A stretch of DNA of 64,000 nucleotides. It comes from Octopus vulgaris (taxonomy: Eukaryota). Below, in pieces: positions 14,390 through 28,389 of the stretch. Each line of letters opens with the position of its first letter. The first letter of the stretch is position 1. The notes beneath the pieces were generated by a model. That model did no database searches. It had not been told where the DNA came from and worked only from the letters and a program-made list of their open reading frames with translations. The position numbers and the translations under genes are program-made. The DNA is taken from positions 98,828,001 to 98,892,000 of the forward strand of contig OX597820.1 of assembly GCA_951406725.2 (NCBI GenBank), in the 5' to 3' direction.

Positions 14390-14681
14390 GAACGGACCAA
14401 TTCTGAGGTTACACCTGTAAAAAAAAAAAGGGGTAATATAAAGGGAGAAGGGGCTCTCTACCTCTTTTGACCAGGCTCCCGTGGCTTTTATGGGTTTTTC
14501 CACTAGTAACCTTCCAATGCGCCTCCCCCTATTGGAAGTTTTATTTGTTATATTTTTCGTTGTTATTTGAATGTTTACACGGACTTTTCTTTTTCACAAA
14601 AACCCTTTGTAGTTTTCGTCCTGTATATGTCCTTATGTATGTTCTTGATTTATGTTAGCCCTTGTGGCCAATAAAACCAGA

Positions 14682-14684
<3 letters not shown>
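14389..14684 (+). mobile_element. Probable LINE 3' UTR between (ATT)n tracts
   Basis: Ends tgttagcccttgtggccAATAAAaccag followed by (ATT)n; resembles one of the SINE A tails. Confidence 0.45.
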
Positions 14685-15150
<466 letters not shown>

Positions 15151-15275
15151 ATATTTATGTTGTGCAAACATCATGTGTCATATTACTTAACTCGGGCTTT
15201 AAATCATCTGCTACAAAAATAAATATTACATTGCGGTGTTTTCCCCTCCAAACAAATGATCCCTTAAACAGTATA

Positions 15276-15325
<50 letters not shown>

Positions 15326-15737
15326 AGCTGCTGATATTACTGCAACAACAACTGCTACCATAGCTACTATTACTAGTACTATAGAAGTATCACGTACCAC
15401 ACCTAACTATCTATCCCCTACGCCTTTACTTCCAGCTCCCTACTTCACTTTGTTTTTATGCGACAGTTAATATATTTGTTTCCACGGGGTTTTTGGGTCA
15501 CCTCAGAAGATTTTTCTTGATTGATGCTTTTTCAGGGACTTTTCTTCCTTTCTTCCTCTCTTCCTTTCTTCCTTTCTTCTTTGCGCGTTCATTCTTAGTA
15601 CAATTCCACTTTCTTACGGAAGATGTTTACATCACATGCATGACTGGTGTTTTCTCAAGGTCACTTATCATCACACAACCAACTTAACCCCAACCGCGAC
15701 ACACACACACATACACTCATATATATACATACATACA

Positions 15738-15785
<48 letters not shown>

Positions 15786-16199
15786 CGTGCATACACACAC
15801 ACACTAGCTCTTGTATTACCACGCACACACGCACGCACACACACACACACATACACTTCTGTTCTTATTTATTTACAAATCATTTTCAATTGTTTTGTGA
15901 ATGAAAGCCCTTAGATTCAGAACCAATTGACTTATTTATAAACAAGGTTGGGTTCAATAAAAATAAGATTAATTGCTTGTTTATCGTAGTGTTGCAAGTT
16001 AGTGAATGACAAAGAGGTTAAATTTTAGGGATCACAGACCGAACAGGGAGTCAACCGTTGATATCTAGTTACCGTGACTGCTGCAGAATGTTATGACCAA
16101 AGCAACTTAAACTCTGGTCTAATTAAACCAATCAATTACAAATCATGAGACTAGAATTATTGATATAAACAACCAAAATACCTTTGTTTGTTGGCTTGT

Positions 16200-16200
16200 G

Positions 16201-16267
<67 letters not shown>

Positions 16268-16280
16268 CAGCAGCAGTGGC

Positions 16281-16350
<70 letters not shown>

Positions 16351-16394
16351 ATAGCAACAGCAGCAGCAGTGGCAGTAGTAGTAGTAGTAGTAGT
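16200..16394. repeat. (AGT)n microsatellite
   Basis: Read directly from the sequence. Confidence 0.95.
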
Positions 16395-16667
16395 TCTTGG
16401 TGTTGTTGCTACTGTTGTTGCTTAGTGATGGTTTTTGCCCTGACTGAGATGCGAACTATGACCAAATTATTTTGGCTGTGATAATCCGATCCTTTTCCTT
16501 ATACTCTGAGCAGGTGTGGCCAAATTTCAGCTCCGATGCCCATATACGTTTTCTGACATTTAATGTGCATTCGTGAAAATATATTGGATAAACTCCGTAC
16601 TTTCATCAGAGTAAATGCAGAAGGTAATTAGTGACGTGAAAGCACGCTATAAAAATAAAACTGCTGA

Positions 16668-16715
<48 letters not shown>

Positions 16716-16718
<3 letters not shown>

Positions 16719-17280
16719 GCCCTGAATCAGTACCAGGCAGTGGCTCTCATGGCTTCTGATCTTAACTGACTGGAAGTGTTATTATGTACATTGTTTTATC
16801 TTGGTATGAAAGATGGACTACAGCAAATATTCTGCTCAATACCACAGATTTGCTTGTCAGTTGTTTGACCTTAACCAGTTGAACATGTCCCTTAGCGGCT
16901 GGCAATATATGCATGTCTGATCACGAGCAGAAGTAGTGGGGGAACATCATGGACATTTGTTGAGAGGAATTCTTTGGGGTTTGGAAAATTCACCTTTGGA
17001 AACATGGTGTGTTTCGTTGAACATCCTCAAACAACTCTTATTCAGAGACCTTTCGAGCGGAATGGGCTACTCGAACTGAATAAAATTCTAACTGGACCCC
17101 ACCTGCAAGGTAATATGAGGTTTATCTTGATATGAGATCACTATGTCGCGCACACATGGTTATGATGCATGTGCCTGGTCTACCCTTATGAGATGGGTAT
17201 TCATGAGGAATATACTGGGTTTCGTATATTTTACACCAGTGTTACTTTGATGGCAAACACAGCTCTCTCATTCAATAGAA
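16716..17280 (+). mobile_element. ~550-bp non-coding repeat in (TAA)/(TAC)n, copy 1; probable long 3' UTR of an R4/Dong element
   Basis: Collinear with 26025-26546 (cagtaccaggcagtggct...ctctctca[tc]tcaata). Confidence 0.7.
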
Positions 17281-17281
17281 A

Positions 17282-17338
<57 letters not shown>

Positions 17339-17373
17339 AACAACTACTGCGGCTGCTGCTGCTAATAATAACA

Positions 17374-17465
<92 letters not shown>

Positions 17466-17466
<1 letters not shown>

Positions 17467-18565
17467 TGCAAAAATATCTACTTCAGAAGGAAGGAAAACT
17501 GATCCAGATAGCGGCAAAACACGAGCAAAACAAAAAACTGTTCTCAGTATTTAAGGAAGCTGAAAAATACAAACAAGAAATCATACCACCTAATAAACAT
17601 GAAGAAGAAGAAGAAGATGAAGAAACAACAAAAGCTATAAAACAAATGAAATCCAAACTAAAAATAGAACAGCAACGAACCATGATAAAACGATGGCAAG
17701 AAAAGCCCCTTCATGGTAAATACTGGACTAAACTAAACGCAAAAGAAATAGACAAAGAAAAATCCCAGCAATGGTTGAGAAGCTCAGGACTCAAAGCAGA
17801 AACAGAGGGATTTTTAATTGCAGCACAAGACCAAAGCCTCCCCACCAGAAATTACCAAAGACATGTAATGAAAAGAAATATTACAAGTAACTGCAGAATA
17901 TGTGGAGATGGACAAGAAACAATAAATCATATTATCTCTAGCTGCCCAGTCCTGGCTAAGAAGGAATATATTCACAGACATGACAGAGTTGGAACTTACA
18001 TACATTGGAAGCTATGCCAACATTATGGAATAACAACAGAAAAAAGATGGTATAGGCACACACCAGAAAAGGTCACAGAAAACGAGAAAGCAACCATACT
18101 CTGGGATATGCCGATACACACAGATAGAGAAATTAAGGCCAACAGACCAGATATAGTTGTCAGAGACCATGAAGAAAAAAAATGCTTTCTAATTGATGTA
18201 TCAGTACCGGCAGATGACAACGTGTCTCTAAAAGAAATGGAGAAACTCTCAAAATACAAAGACCTGGAAATAGAGGTAACTAGAATGTGGAATCTGAAAA
18301 CAGAAACAATTCCTATCATAGTAGGTGCATTAGGCATGATAAAAAAATATTCAGACAAATACATAACAAAAACACCAGGACTTACAAACACATATAACAT
18401 ACAGAAAATTGCACTACTAGGCACTGCACACATCCTACGCAGAACACTTTCCATACAATAACCATCAGAGCATCACAACAAATCACAGCACATACCCAAG
18501 GCACACAGAGCTGCGCTCGGTAGTGAAGTGAAAGCACGCTATAAAAATAAAAATAAAACTACTGA
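17466..18565 (+). mobile_element. R4/Dong-clade non-LTR retrotransposon, 5'-truncated, with intact CCHC knuckle and RLE endonuclease, in (TAA)n
   Basis: Open frame 17466-18461: LHG, AETEGFLIAAQDQ, CRICGDGQETINHIISSC, RHD, RPDIVV..IDVSVP..EKLSKYKDL, IPIIVGALG; (TAA)n on both flanks. Confidence 0.95.
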
Positions 18566-18584
18566 ATAATAATAATAATAATAA

Positions 18585-18882
18585 AATCTTAAAATACAAA
18601 GATCTGGAAAAGGAAGTAACTCGAACGTGGAACCTAAAGACAAACAATTCTTATACTAGTAGGCGCATTAGGTATGAAAAAAAATATTGAGACAAATACA
18701 TTCCAGGACTTACAAATGTATATAACATACAGAAAATAGCACGACTAGGCACTGCGCACATCCTACATAAAGCACTTTTAATAAAACGAAAATAAGATAC
18801 CACAAAAACAACCAGCACATACCGAAGGCACACAGAACTGCGCTCGGTAGTGCAGTGAAAGCACGTGATAGAAATAAGACTA

Positions 18883-18887
<5 letters not shown>
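18585..18887 (+). mobile_element. R4/Dong 3' fragment, diverged copy
   Basis: KYKDLE.. through a 3' UTR homologous to 18250-18565; flanked by TAA repeats. Confidence 0.85.
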
Positions 18888-18960
<73 letters not shown>

Positions 18961-18961
<1 letters not shown>

Positions 18962-19199
18962 GGTGCATTAGGCATGATAAAAAAATATTCAGACAAATAC
19001 ATAACAAAAACACCAGGACTTACAAACACATATAACATACAGAAAATTGCACTACTAGGCACTGCACACATCCTACGCAGAACACTTTCCATACAATAAC
19101 CATCAGAGCATCACAACAAATCACAGCACATACCCAAGGCACACAGAGCTGCGCTCGGTAGTGAAGTGAAAGCACACTATAAAAATAAAACTACTGAAT
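18961..19199 (+). mobile_element. R4/Dong 3' fragment, near-identical to 18323-18565
   Basis: Direct sequence match; flanked by TAA repeats. Confidence 0.9.
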
Positions 19200-19271
<72 letters not shown>

Positions 19272-19273
19272 TA

Positions 19274-19309
<36 letters not shown>

Positions 19310-20585
19310 AGGAGGAGGAGGAGGAGGAGGAGGATAACAACAACAACAACAATAACAAACATGACACTTTATTTACTGGGTATGAACAGAGAGCCTACTG
19401 GATTAGGACGTATGCTTAATGTTCATAATAAAAAAAAAATATTTAAAAAGTTAAGTCCTAATTTTCATACAATATCTAAGCAACGATTTGTTCCGCCTGC
19501 TGAAAGAAAAAGTAGTGAGAAGCGGTAAATTAAAGAAATTTCAGGTCAGTAAGAATTACAGAGAAATGTCTGATGACTTTAGGTATCGGTGTAGATACCC
19601 CGACCTCAAACACATCATGTACACATGAGCGAAGTATAACACAAGACGTTTGAAAACATTCTTTAACTCAGTAGATTTTGCGATGTTAAATCTGCTTAAA
19701 TTATCTCTATTTCTATTTCCCTTGAATCACATATTTATATCGTCTGCCAACGATATGAATGTGTGCATTTATGCATCATGTGTCCGTATGATAGGTCCTC
19801 TCGAGTTAAATAACACAGTATTGGTTGGACATTCTATCACAACATCTGCGTTAAGATGGCTATAAAGATTGTCTTTTAGTATTAATACTGCTATTCTCGC
19901 AAATAATTATCTTTTAGTAAGTACGCTGACTATTTGCGGGATCTGTGCTTGAAAAGTCACTGAAATTCTGTATATCGTTGGCAGTGAGGTTCGATTGGTA
20001 TGCAACTACCGGACGTCTGTCACTGAGGAGACGGTGTACGTCGAAATCATGTGATGTGGAAGGTTCAACGCACGTAACAGACGATTCTCGTCTGCCAATG
20101 ATATAAATATTCGTGCTTTTATTCACCATGCGTCCTTATGAGAGGTCATCTCAACATAAATATCACGGTATTCGGCGTTCTAAATATTCACCCATGTTGA
20201 TTTGGACATAATGATTACCTTTGATATATATATAATTAAGGGCACTAACAGGCACGCTAACATAACGGTCAAAATGACCAAACCACAAGTTTTCACTTAA
20301 ACACAAAGGTGAAAGCGGGCAAATGAAGAAAACCCCAAAACCCCGTACCAATGACGAAATTAATCAAAAATTAAAAAAGTCGGACATACCTGTATCGCTG
20401 TAATTTCGAACTTTGAGAAATACCTTTACTTGATCTCCAGTAAACCACTGATATCCTAGTAAACAATAATATCTATATAATATATATTCGCTTCGATCAC
20501 TTTTTTAAATTTGCTGCGGCATTAAAAAGGGTCATCGAACATATTGGTTGAGATGAACAAACTCTTTAGCCCTGGGGTCGGTAAG

Positions 20586-20643
20586 ACTTGCTGAAGATGA
20601 ACTAAGAGTATTTTTTAACGTTCGAAATCACGTTGATACGGGT
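20586..20643 (+). ncRNA. Type I hammerhead-like motif with a diverged inverted partner at ~20380-20440
   Basis: acttg CTGAAGA t gaac..gttc GAAA tca-cgt-tga TA cgggt. Confidence 0.55.
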
Positions 20644-20753
20644 ATGTCTGTTAGTACCCTTAATTATCAATTTATAATTTTTACCTTCATGCGTTTTTTA
20701 CACATGCTACGCCACTGATATTATTATAAACAATAATATCCATATATCTGTAT

Positions 20754-20796
<43 letters not shown>

Positions 20797-20995
20797 CTTT
20801 ATTTAAAAGCAGCAGAAATTCAACAAAACCTGTTACTCGGAGTTTCACGTTCCCGTTCGTCGGACAGGGAACGGGAAACTCCGAGTAACAGGTTTTGTTG
20901 AATTTCTGCTGCTTTTAAATAAAACATATTACTCTACCCCTGTTATTTGAGTACTCTTTTTTCCACCTTGTTTCACATTTATGTGTTTACTCCGG
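20797..20995. mobile_element. Fold-back PLE-like mini-element in (TA)n, copy 1
   Basis: Inverted arms span 20798-20923, followed by a ~70-nt tail; same family as 53535-53763. Confidence 0.8.
20829..20868 (-). ncRNA. Minimal type I hammerhead ribozyme (U4C core variant)
   Basis: cctgt CCGACGA acg-GGAA-cgt GAAA ctc-c-gag TA acagg. Confidence 0.7.
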
Positions 20996-21068
<73 letters not shown>

Positions 21069-21804
21069 CAATCATGACTGTGTGTTTAAGAAGTTGGTCA
21101 AGTAATGACAGCATGACTTTAACAGTCATGAATAGGTAAAACAACGCTAAAAGTTATATTGCTGCTGGAAAAAATGTGAAATAACGGATTGCAAGGAGAA
21201 ATACGAAACAAGCGGATTAAGTGAAACAGTCTGACACGGAACTGAAACCTTACTGCAGACATGGTGTTTAAAGAACTTTTATTACAATGCAATATCACAG
21301 GGAGATACTCATGAATATCTCACCGACCTGTATACATATATATATACTCATAGGTAATTAATGAGAATTAAATAAGCGGTAGCGCTACGCGTAAGTTAGT
21401 GTTGAAGTTTCTATTTCACTGAAAAGAGTAAAATAAAATCGAAACACATATGTAGTTATCTCCCATGCATACCAGGAAAACGTGAGTTATAAATAGGGCT
21501 TCGTTCCCCACTTACCGGATGCTTACTTTTTGTTAGCATTTTTAATGGTTCTTGTATAAAATATTACCTCTTACTACTCCTGGCTGTGTGATTATTTTGC
21601 AAATAAATATTAGTTTCGGGTTCGATTCAGCTGCACAGTACTTTAAGCTGACCAAAGTCTTTTGAAAGGAATTTAGCAGAGTGAAACTTTGTAGATGTGC
21701 GTCGGAGAGACAGTTCTTGTTCTTGGGTACTAGACAAAATCTATTATCCCGTTAACACTCTCATCTGACCATGGGTGCCTTTAATATATTTGGATTTGCA
21801 TTTC

Positions 21805-22132
21805 TCAAAATCTCTCGTGGAAGCGCCATCCAACCAAAATGCAAATATATGGGAAACTACCACCTGTGTCATCTCTTGTGAAAGGTAGGAGAGTCCAGTT
21901 TGCTGGACATTGTTGTAGAGCTGAAAAAGAAGTAATTTCTACTCTTCTCCTCTGGAAGCCATCTACTCGCAATACCAGAGGGGCGCACACTCTCCTACCC
22001 TGATGTAATCTCCAGGGATACAGGCATCCAGCAACAGGACCTCCGTAATGCCATGATGGACCGTGAAGTCTGGCGTAGCATGGTAAATTCCATTGTCTCG
22101 ACCACGGTCGAACAATGATGATGATGATGATG
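21805..22132 (+). mobile_element. RTE-clade LINE 3' end with (TGA)n tail
   Basis: NLSWKRHPTKMQIYGKLPPVSSLVKGRRVQFAGHC..LLLWKP..AMMDREVWRSMV. Confidence 0.85.
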
Positions 22133-22862
22133 CCTTTAATAACGTCCACTCTGTTGTAAAGGTTCGGACCAGGTCTTATGTCAAAAGATAATTCCCTCCT
22201 TCTCTTACTCCACTAGTCTTGGAGACTCCGAAACGGATCATAGATGCTACTCTTATTTCTCTGACTCAGCAATTTTAAAGAAAATGTAAGGTAGACTACT
22301 GGTATGATAAGGACCAACTAAGGAGCATATATAAAGTCGATTAGCCTTCAGAAACGGCTACAAGGCTTCATGTAATCAAACACTGCAATCAGAAATGTAA
22401 TAAAGATTTGGATGGTGCAATCCTTGATGAAATGGCTGAAGGAAATAAAAGGTGAGGATTAGCAAGACTAGAATACTTCGTGTTAAAGTAAATGACGAAT
22501 TTCAAAAAGTAAAATGACCAAATGTCTTTAAAAAAACTGGTTCTCATGTTTTCTTTTCCTTCTGTAGTTGACCTGTGTGACCTTCCGCTTTTTTGGTAAA
22601 TATTTTTAATGACTGTCCTAAAGAATTACTTCGTATGATTTTAGCGTTATGTCTATTGGTATATTCATAAGAGACCTCCCAAGTCACTGAAATTTTTCTA
22701 TACAGAGTTTTTAAACAGTTGACTAATTCGCAGTTGTTTATATGCAGTTTGCGTATACATACATACGTAAATATATATATAAATATATATATATATATAC
22801 ATACATACATATATATAATCATTATACATAGGATGTACATGCATATATGTATTTGCGTATAT

Positions 22863-22925
<63 letters not shown>

Positions 22926-23260
22926 TATACATATATATAGTCTTATACATACAAAATATATATATTTGTGTATTTGTATCAATTCTGTATATGGCCATAC
23001 ATATATATGTTTGGGTGGGTGTGCAGGTATACACACATAAATGCATGCTTACATGTACATATCCATATATACATACATACATACATGTATACATACATTT
23101 CAAAGAAGATTTGCTGCACTTAAGTTTTCCCAAAAAGTGAAAAACTTTAAGATTTAAATTTAAGAGTGAAAAGAAACAACAGTAAAAGCAAATGAGTATC
23201 AACATTGAGAGAAAGTAATATTGTTGGAAGAAAAAAAATAACTTTATACGTACGTACCTA

Positions 23261-23297
<37 letters not shown>

Positions 23298-23573
23298 GTA
23301 TATATATATAAATATATATATATATATTCGAAATAGACAACATACGATGACAGTGTCAAGCATCATGTGTGGGACAGTGTCTCTGTCTTTTATTTATTCA
23401 GCTGACTCTGGCAGATAGGATGATAACTTGCCATGTACATCACATTACTGATATGTCTTATGTAAACTCACAACTGCTCTTACCGTCTTGAGATGCCCTT
23501 TTGTGGTTGCTAATGAGTGTCAAGAATATATATGCACACACACGCTTATATGTATATATATATGCATATGTAC

Positions 23574-23638
<65 letters not shown>

Positions 23639-24092
23639 TGTATATATTATACATGTATGTATATACATATGTAGATATATATATATTGTGTATGTCCGTA
23701 TGTGATTGTGCAAGCGTTGTGTTTTCACACAGAAGTGCAAAGCTGTCGTTACACACCTGTACTACAAATGTACACATATGTATTGTCTGTTGTAATATTT
23801 GTTTTGTTTTTTGTTCTTCAACGAATTTACTTCCACCTAAAATTTTCGTGCGACTCCGCACGAAATCACTGGGTGCACGGAATTAATGCAATATAATAAC
23901 GCGCATTATTAACACACACGTACACACACGCGCGCATGCACATACGTACACTCATACTTGCATACATACGTGTGTGTGTGTTTGTTTGTGTGTGAGTGTG
24001 TGCGTGTGTGCGTGTGTGCTAATATTGAAGAGTGCGTAGGAGTGGCTGTGTGGTAAGTAGCTTGCATACCATTTGAAGAAAGAAGGAGAAAC

Positions 24093-24153
<61 letters not shown>

Positions 24154-24157
24154 TAAC

Positions 24158-24212
<55 letters not shown>

Positions 24213-24218
24213 GTAATT

Positions 24219-24255
<37 letters not shown>

Positions 24256-24389
24256 TAATAATAATGATAATAATAACAATGATAATAATAATAATTGTAT
24301 TTTATGAAATGTAATAACTAGCAAATGTTTAGTGAATACAACTGAAGTAAATGAATATAAACTCATTTCTTTTGAATCTGAAATGTTGG

Positions 24390-25030
24390 AGGGGCAGAAG
24401 TCACTCATGCCTCCCTTCAGACAAAGATCATTCCTCCTTATCGATATGACTGTCGCTTCAGACAAAAATCATGCCTCCTCATCGATATGACTGTCCCAAT
24501 CGATATAAATGTATCTGTCAAGATCTATCAAAAACTGAGCAAGTATAAAGATCTTGAAATAGAAATTGGCAAAATAGGAAACATCAAGACGAAAATAATA
24601 CCTGTTGTCAGGAACGATAACAAAAGGGGCCGATTACTACCTAACTCAAATACCAGGAAATCCAAAAATGGAAGAAATTCGAAAAATAATGTTCGTGGGA
24701 ACTGCCTATATCCTACGTAAAATATTGTTAATCCTCAAAATATTTTAATCCGTAAACAGTGTCAAAAGAGTTTTAAATGTACATAACAGCAAACACATTT
24801 TACTGCCATCTTAACATCACACTATCATCTTATAATCAAATTACTTTCAAAAACAAACTTCCAATTTACTTCTGTTTTGACAGACATCCTCTAGAACAAT
24901 ACTTTGTGCAAAACTAAATATACGGCACCCTAGTCATAACACCTATTTGAGCTTCTAACTTATCATTTGAGGTGTCTGGATGAGACTTGGAGTCAAGCTG
25001 TACCAATACAAAACAAAAGCCAAACATATA
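24390..25030 (+). mobile_element. R4/Dong 3' fragment (another family), decayed
   Basis: IDMTVPIDINVSVKIYQKLSKYKDLEIEIGK..KIIPVV; lies downstream of (TAA)n; local duplication at 24418-24496. Confidence 0.8.
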
Positions 25031-25372
25031 AGGAGGAGGATGAGAAAGAAGAAATAGAAGAAGAAGAAATAGAAGAAGAAGGAGAAGAAGAAGAAGAAGA
25101 AGAAGAAGAAGAAGAAGAAGAAAAGGAAGAAGAAGAAGAAGAACAAGAACAAGAACAAGAAGAACAAGAACAAGAAGAAAAGAAGAAGAAGAAGAAGAAG
25201 AAGAAGAAGAAGAAGAAGAAGAAGGAAGAAGAAGAAGAAAAGGAAGAAGAAGAAGAAGAAAAGGAAGAAGAAGAAGAAGAAGAAAAGAAGAAGAAGAAGA
25301 AGAAGAAGAAGAAGAAGAAGAAGAAGAAGAAGAAGAAGAAGAAGAAGAAGAAGAAGAAGAAGAAGAAGAAGA
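25030..25372. repeat. (GAA)n microsatellite
   Basis: Read directly from the sequence. Confidence 0.95.
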
Positions 25373-25932
25373 ACTGCAACAATGGGATAGAAACAGTGGA
25401 CCACCTAATCTCTGGATGTAAGGTTTTAGCACCTGTAGAGTATAAATCAAGACATGACAGAGTTGGCAAATATCTATACTGGATAATTTGTCGGCATTAT
25501 AAAATCAAAACTGCTGGCAAATGGTACAAGCACCACTCCGAGGCTGTAACTGAGGGAGAAAATGTAACTATTGTTTGGGACTTTCCAGTATGTACACACC
25601 AGACCATCAAAGCAAATAAACCAGATATTGTTGTGAAAGACCAAAAACAATAAAGTCTGTTTACTGATTGACATGAGCATACCCTGTGACCATAATATCT
25701 CGGCAAAAGAATTTGATAAGCTCAGAAAATATAAAGATTTGCTAATCGAAATCAAAACGATGTGACATCTCAAGACGGTTACAATTCCAGTTATTGTAGA
25801 AGCACCTCGAATAATCAAAAAATGGAACTGAAAATTATTTAAGAATGATCCCTGGCTTACCATCCAGGCAGGAATTGCAAAATATTGTCTTAACAGGTAC
25901 GACACACGTATTGAGAAGAGCATTGTCGCTAG
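25372..25932 (+). mobile_element. R4/Dong RLE fragment, frameshifted
   Basis: ETVDHLISGC..RHDRVG..WDFPV..KPDIVV. Confidence 0.9.
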
Positions 25933-26024
25933 GAATTTTCTTTCCTTTTTCCCTTTTATTTTCTTTGTTTAATTTTTTTTCTCTCTCTGTCTTCCACTTT
26001 TTCTCTATCACATGACTTTATAAA

Positions 26025-26545
26025 TTAATGCAGTACCAGGCAGTGGCTGTCATGGCTTCTGATCTTAACTGATTGGAAGTGTCATCATGTACATTGTTTT
26101 GTCTTGGTATAAAAGATGGGCTACAGCAAATAATCTGCTCAATACCATAGATTTGCTTGTCAGTTGCTCGATCTTAACCAGTTGAGCATGTCCCTTAGTG
26201 GCTAACGATATGTGCATCTCTGATCACGAGCAGAAGTAGTGGGGGAGCATCATAGCCATGTGTTGAGAGGGATTCTTTGGGGTTTGAATAATTCACCTCT
26301 GGAAACATGGGTATTTCGTTCAACATCCTTAAACAACCCTTATTCAGGGACCTTTTGAGCGGGATGGGTTACTCGACTAGAAGAAAATTCTAAATGGGCC
26401 CCACCTGCAAGGTGTTTATGTTGATATGAGATTACATGACGCGCGCATATGGTTGTGATGCATGTGCCTAGTGTACCCTTATCAGACAGGTAGTCATGAT
26501 GGGTGTATTGGGCTTACTTTGATGGCATGCACTGCTCTCTCACTC

Positions 26546-26546
<1 letters not shown>
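26025..26546 (+). mobile_element. ~520-bp non-coding repeat, copy 2, ending in (TAA)n
   Basis: Homologous to 16716-17280. Confidence 0.7.
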
Positions 26547-26608
<62 letters not shown>

Positions 26609-26609
<1 letters not shown>

Positions 26610-27304
26610 TGATTGAAACAGTGGACCACCTAATCTCTGGATGTAAAGTCTTAGCACCAGTGGAGTATAAATTAAGACATGACAGAGTTGGCCAATATCT
26701 CCACTGGCTAATAAGTCGGCATTACAATATCAAAACTGCCGACAAGTGGTATAATCACCACCCTGAGGCTGTAACTGAAGGAGAAAATGTAACCATTCTG
26801 TGGGACTTTCCAGTACATACAGACCGAACCATCAAGGCCAATAAACCAGATATTGTTGTGAAAGACCAAAACAATAAAGTTTGCTTATTGATCGACATGA
26901 GCATCCCCTGTGATCATAATATCTCAGCGAAAGAGTTTGACAAGCTCAGAAAATATAAAGACCTACTCATTGAAATTGAGAAAATGTGGCATCTCAAGGC
27001 GGTTACAATACCAGTGATCGTAGGAGCACTAGGAATGATCAAGAAGTGCAAAAGATTGTCTTAACTGGTACATCACACGTATTGAGAAGAGCATTGTCGA
27101 TGTAAGAACTGTTGCTGCTCATGTATTTTAATTTAACTTTAAAAAAAAAAATGAAAAAAAAAAAAATGAAAAAAAAAAAAAAAATGAACGAACTACTGAG
27201 TTTGGTTTAATGGCCTACCAATGTATACTATGAGTTTCTTTGCCCTAGGAGTCGGGAAGACACTCGGCAAGAAATGGAAGCAAATTTGAAAGAAGAAAAA
27301 AAAA

Positions 27305-27305
<1 letters not shown>
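26609..27305 (+). mobile_element. R4/Dong RLE fragment with 3' UTR, TAA-flanked
   Basis: ETVDHLISGC..RHD..KPDIVV..LIDMSIP..KYKDL..IPVIVGALG; short internal deletion near 27045. Confidence 0.9.
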
Positions 27306-27335
<30 letters not shown>

Positions 27336-28389
27336 GGGGCTAAATAACAACTTGGGCGTACACTAAGAAGCTCTCTCCACAAAACAAACTTATTATAAGA
27401 TTGATGGGAAGGAAAACTTCGCGATACAACTGTGGGAAAAGTTCAGTTAAAGCAAAGGAACTAAGAAATCGGTAAGACTTTTGCTAAATACACTGTAATT
27501 TCTTTCTTAAATGCGCGATATTTCAAAACGTCGAAACTAGCACCAGAGAACCTGGAAAAACACACCAAACACACCAATTACACAGTATGTAAACTGAATA
27601 ATTATCTGTCCATGCAACTGTCCATACATCTATGTGTGCATGTTAATATTTACAAGCAACATGAATAATGCCTACACGACACACGCGTACACACAGAGAA
27701 AATAAAAGAAAAACACGTCGAGCGACGCCGAACCAAACAAAAACACAGCGACTTTCCGCAAACGAATATAAACAGGAGCAAATTAGTCGCTCAGTTTAAA
27801 ACATCACTAAACAGTTACGCCCAGAAGCATAGCTACCAAAAAAAAATAGAGACGATTTTTGATTTATCAGCCTACCATACAACAAATATATCCATTCGAA
27901 GAAGAAGAAAACAGTGTCTTGCCAAAAAGTTAACCCTGAACAAACAGACTCGTCTCCTATTGTCATTGTCAATGCTTTAATGACAAGCCAAAACTCATGC
28001 CAGATCGTTCATCGCCCAGGACAAGGATCAATTTACCCATTGGGGAACCAGACTGAGATCGAAAAGTCTGCTGCTGGAACAAACTCTCAAAAAACGAACT
28101 ACCAAGTAACCAGAACCTAACCCTAGACCTGTAGTGACACCATCAAAAACACCAGTTAAGCAAAACGTATAAATCGGACTAGGGAGCATCATAGAGATGT
28201 GTTGGAAGCTTTCTATACAGCCCAACGAAACCCAAACAATAACCTCATCGTATAAGCATGCACTTCATTGAGAAACTTAGTAGGCAACGAAGTACGCAGA
28301 TATATACATGCAAATATATCAAGTAATGTACGTAGATACATCATTAAGAATAAAAAGTCCACTGGCGCTGAAATTAGCCAAAGGAGCCA

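Noticed and set aside
17169-17465. N-terminal part of the 430-aa ORF
   Set aside because: Chance read-through of a UTR repeat and (TAC)/(TAA)n into the Dong frame
24967-25653. 228-aa poly-E/poly-K ORF
   Set aside because: (GAA)n fused to a Dong fragment
27335-27480. HDV-like ribozyme at the putative Dong 5' end
   Set aside because: Could not build the nested double pseudoknot by eye
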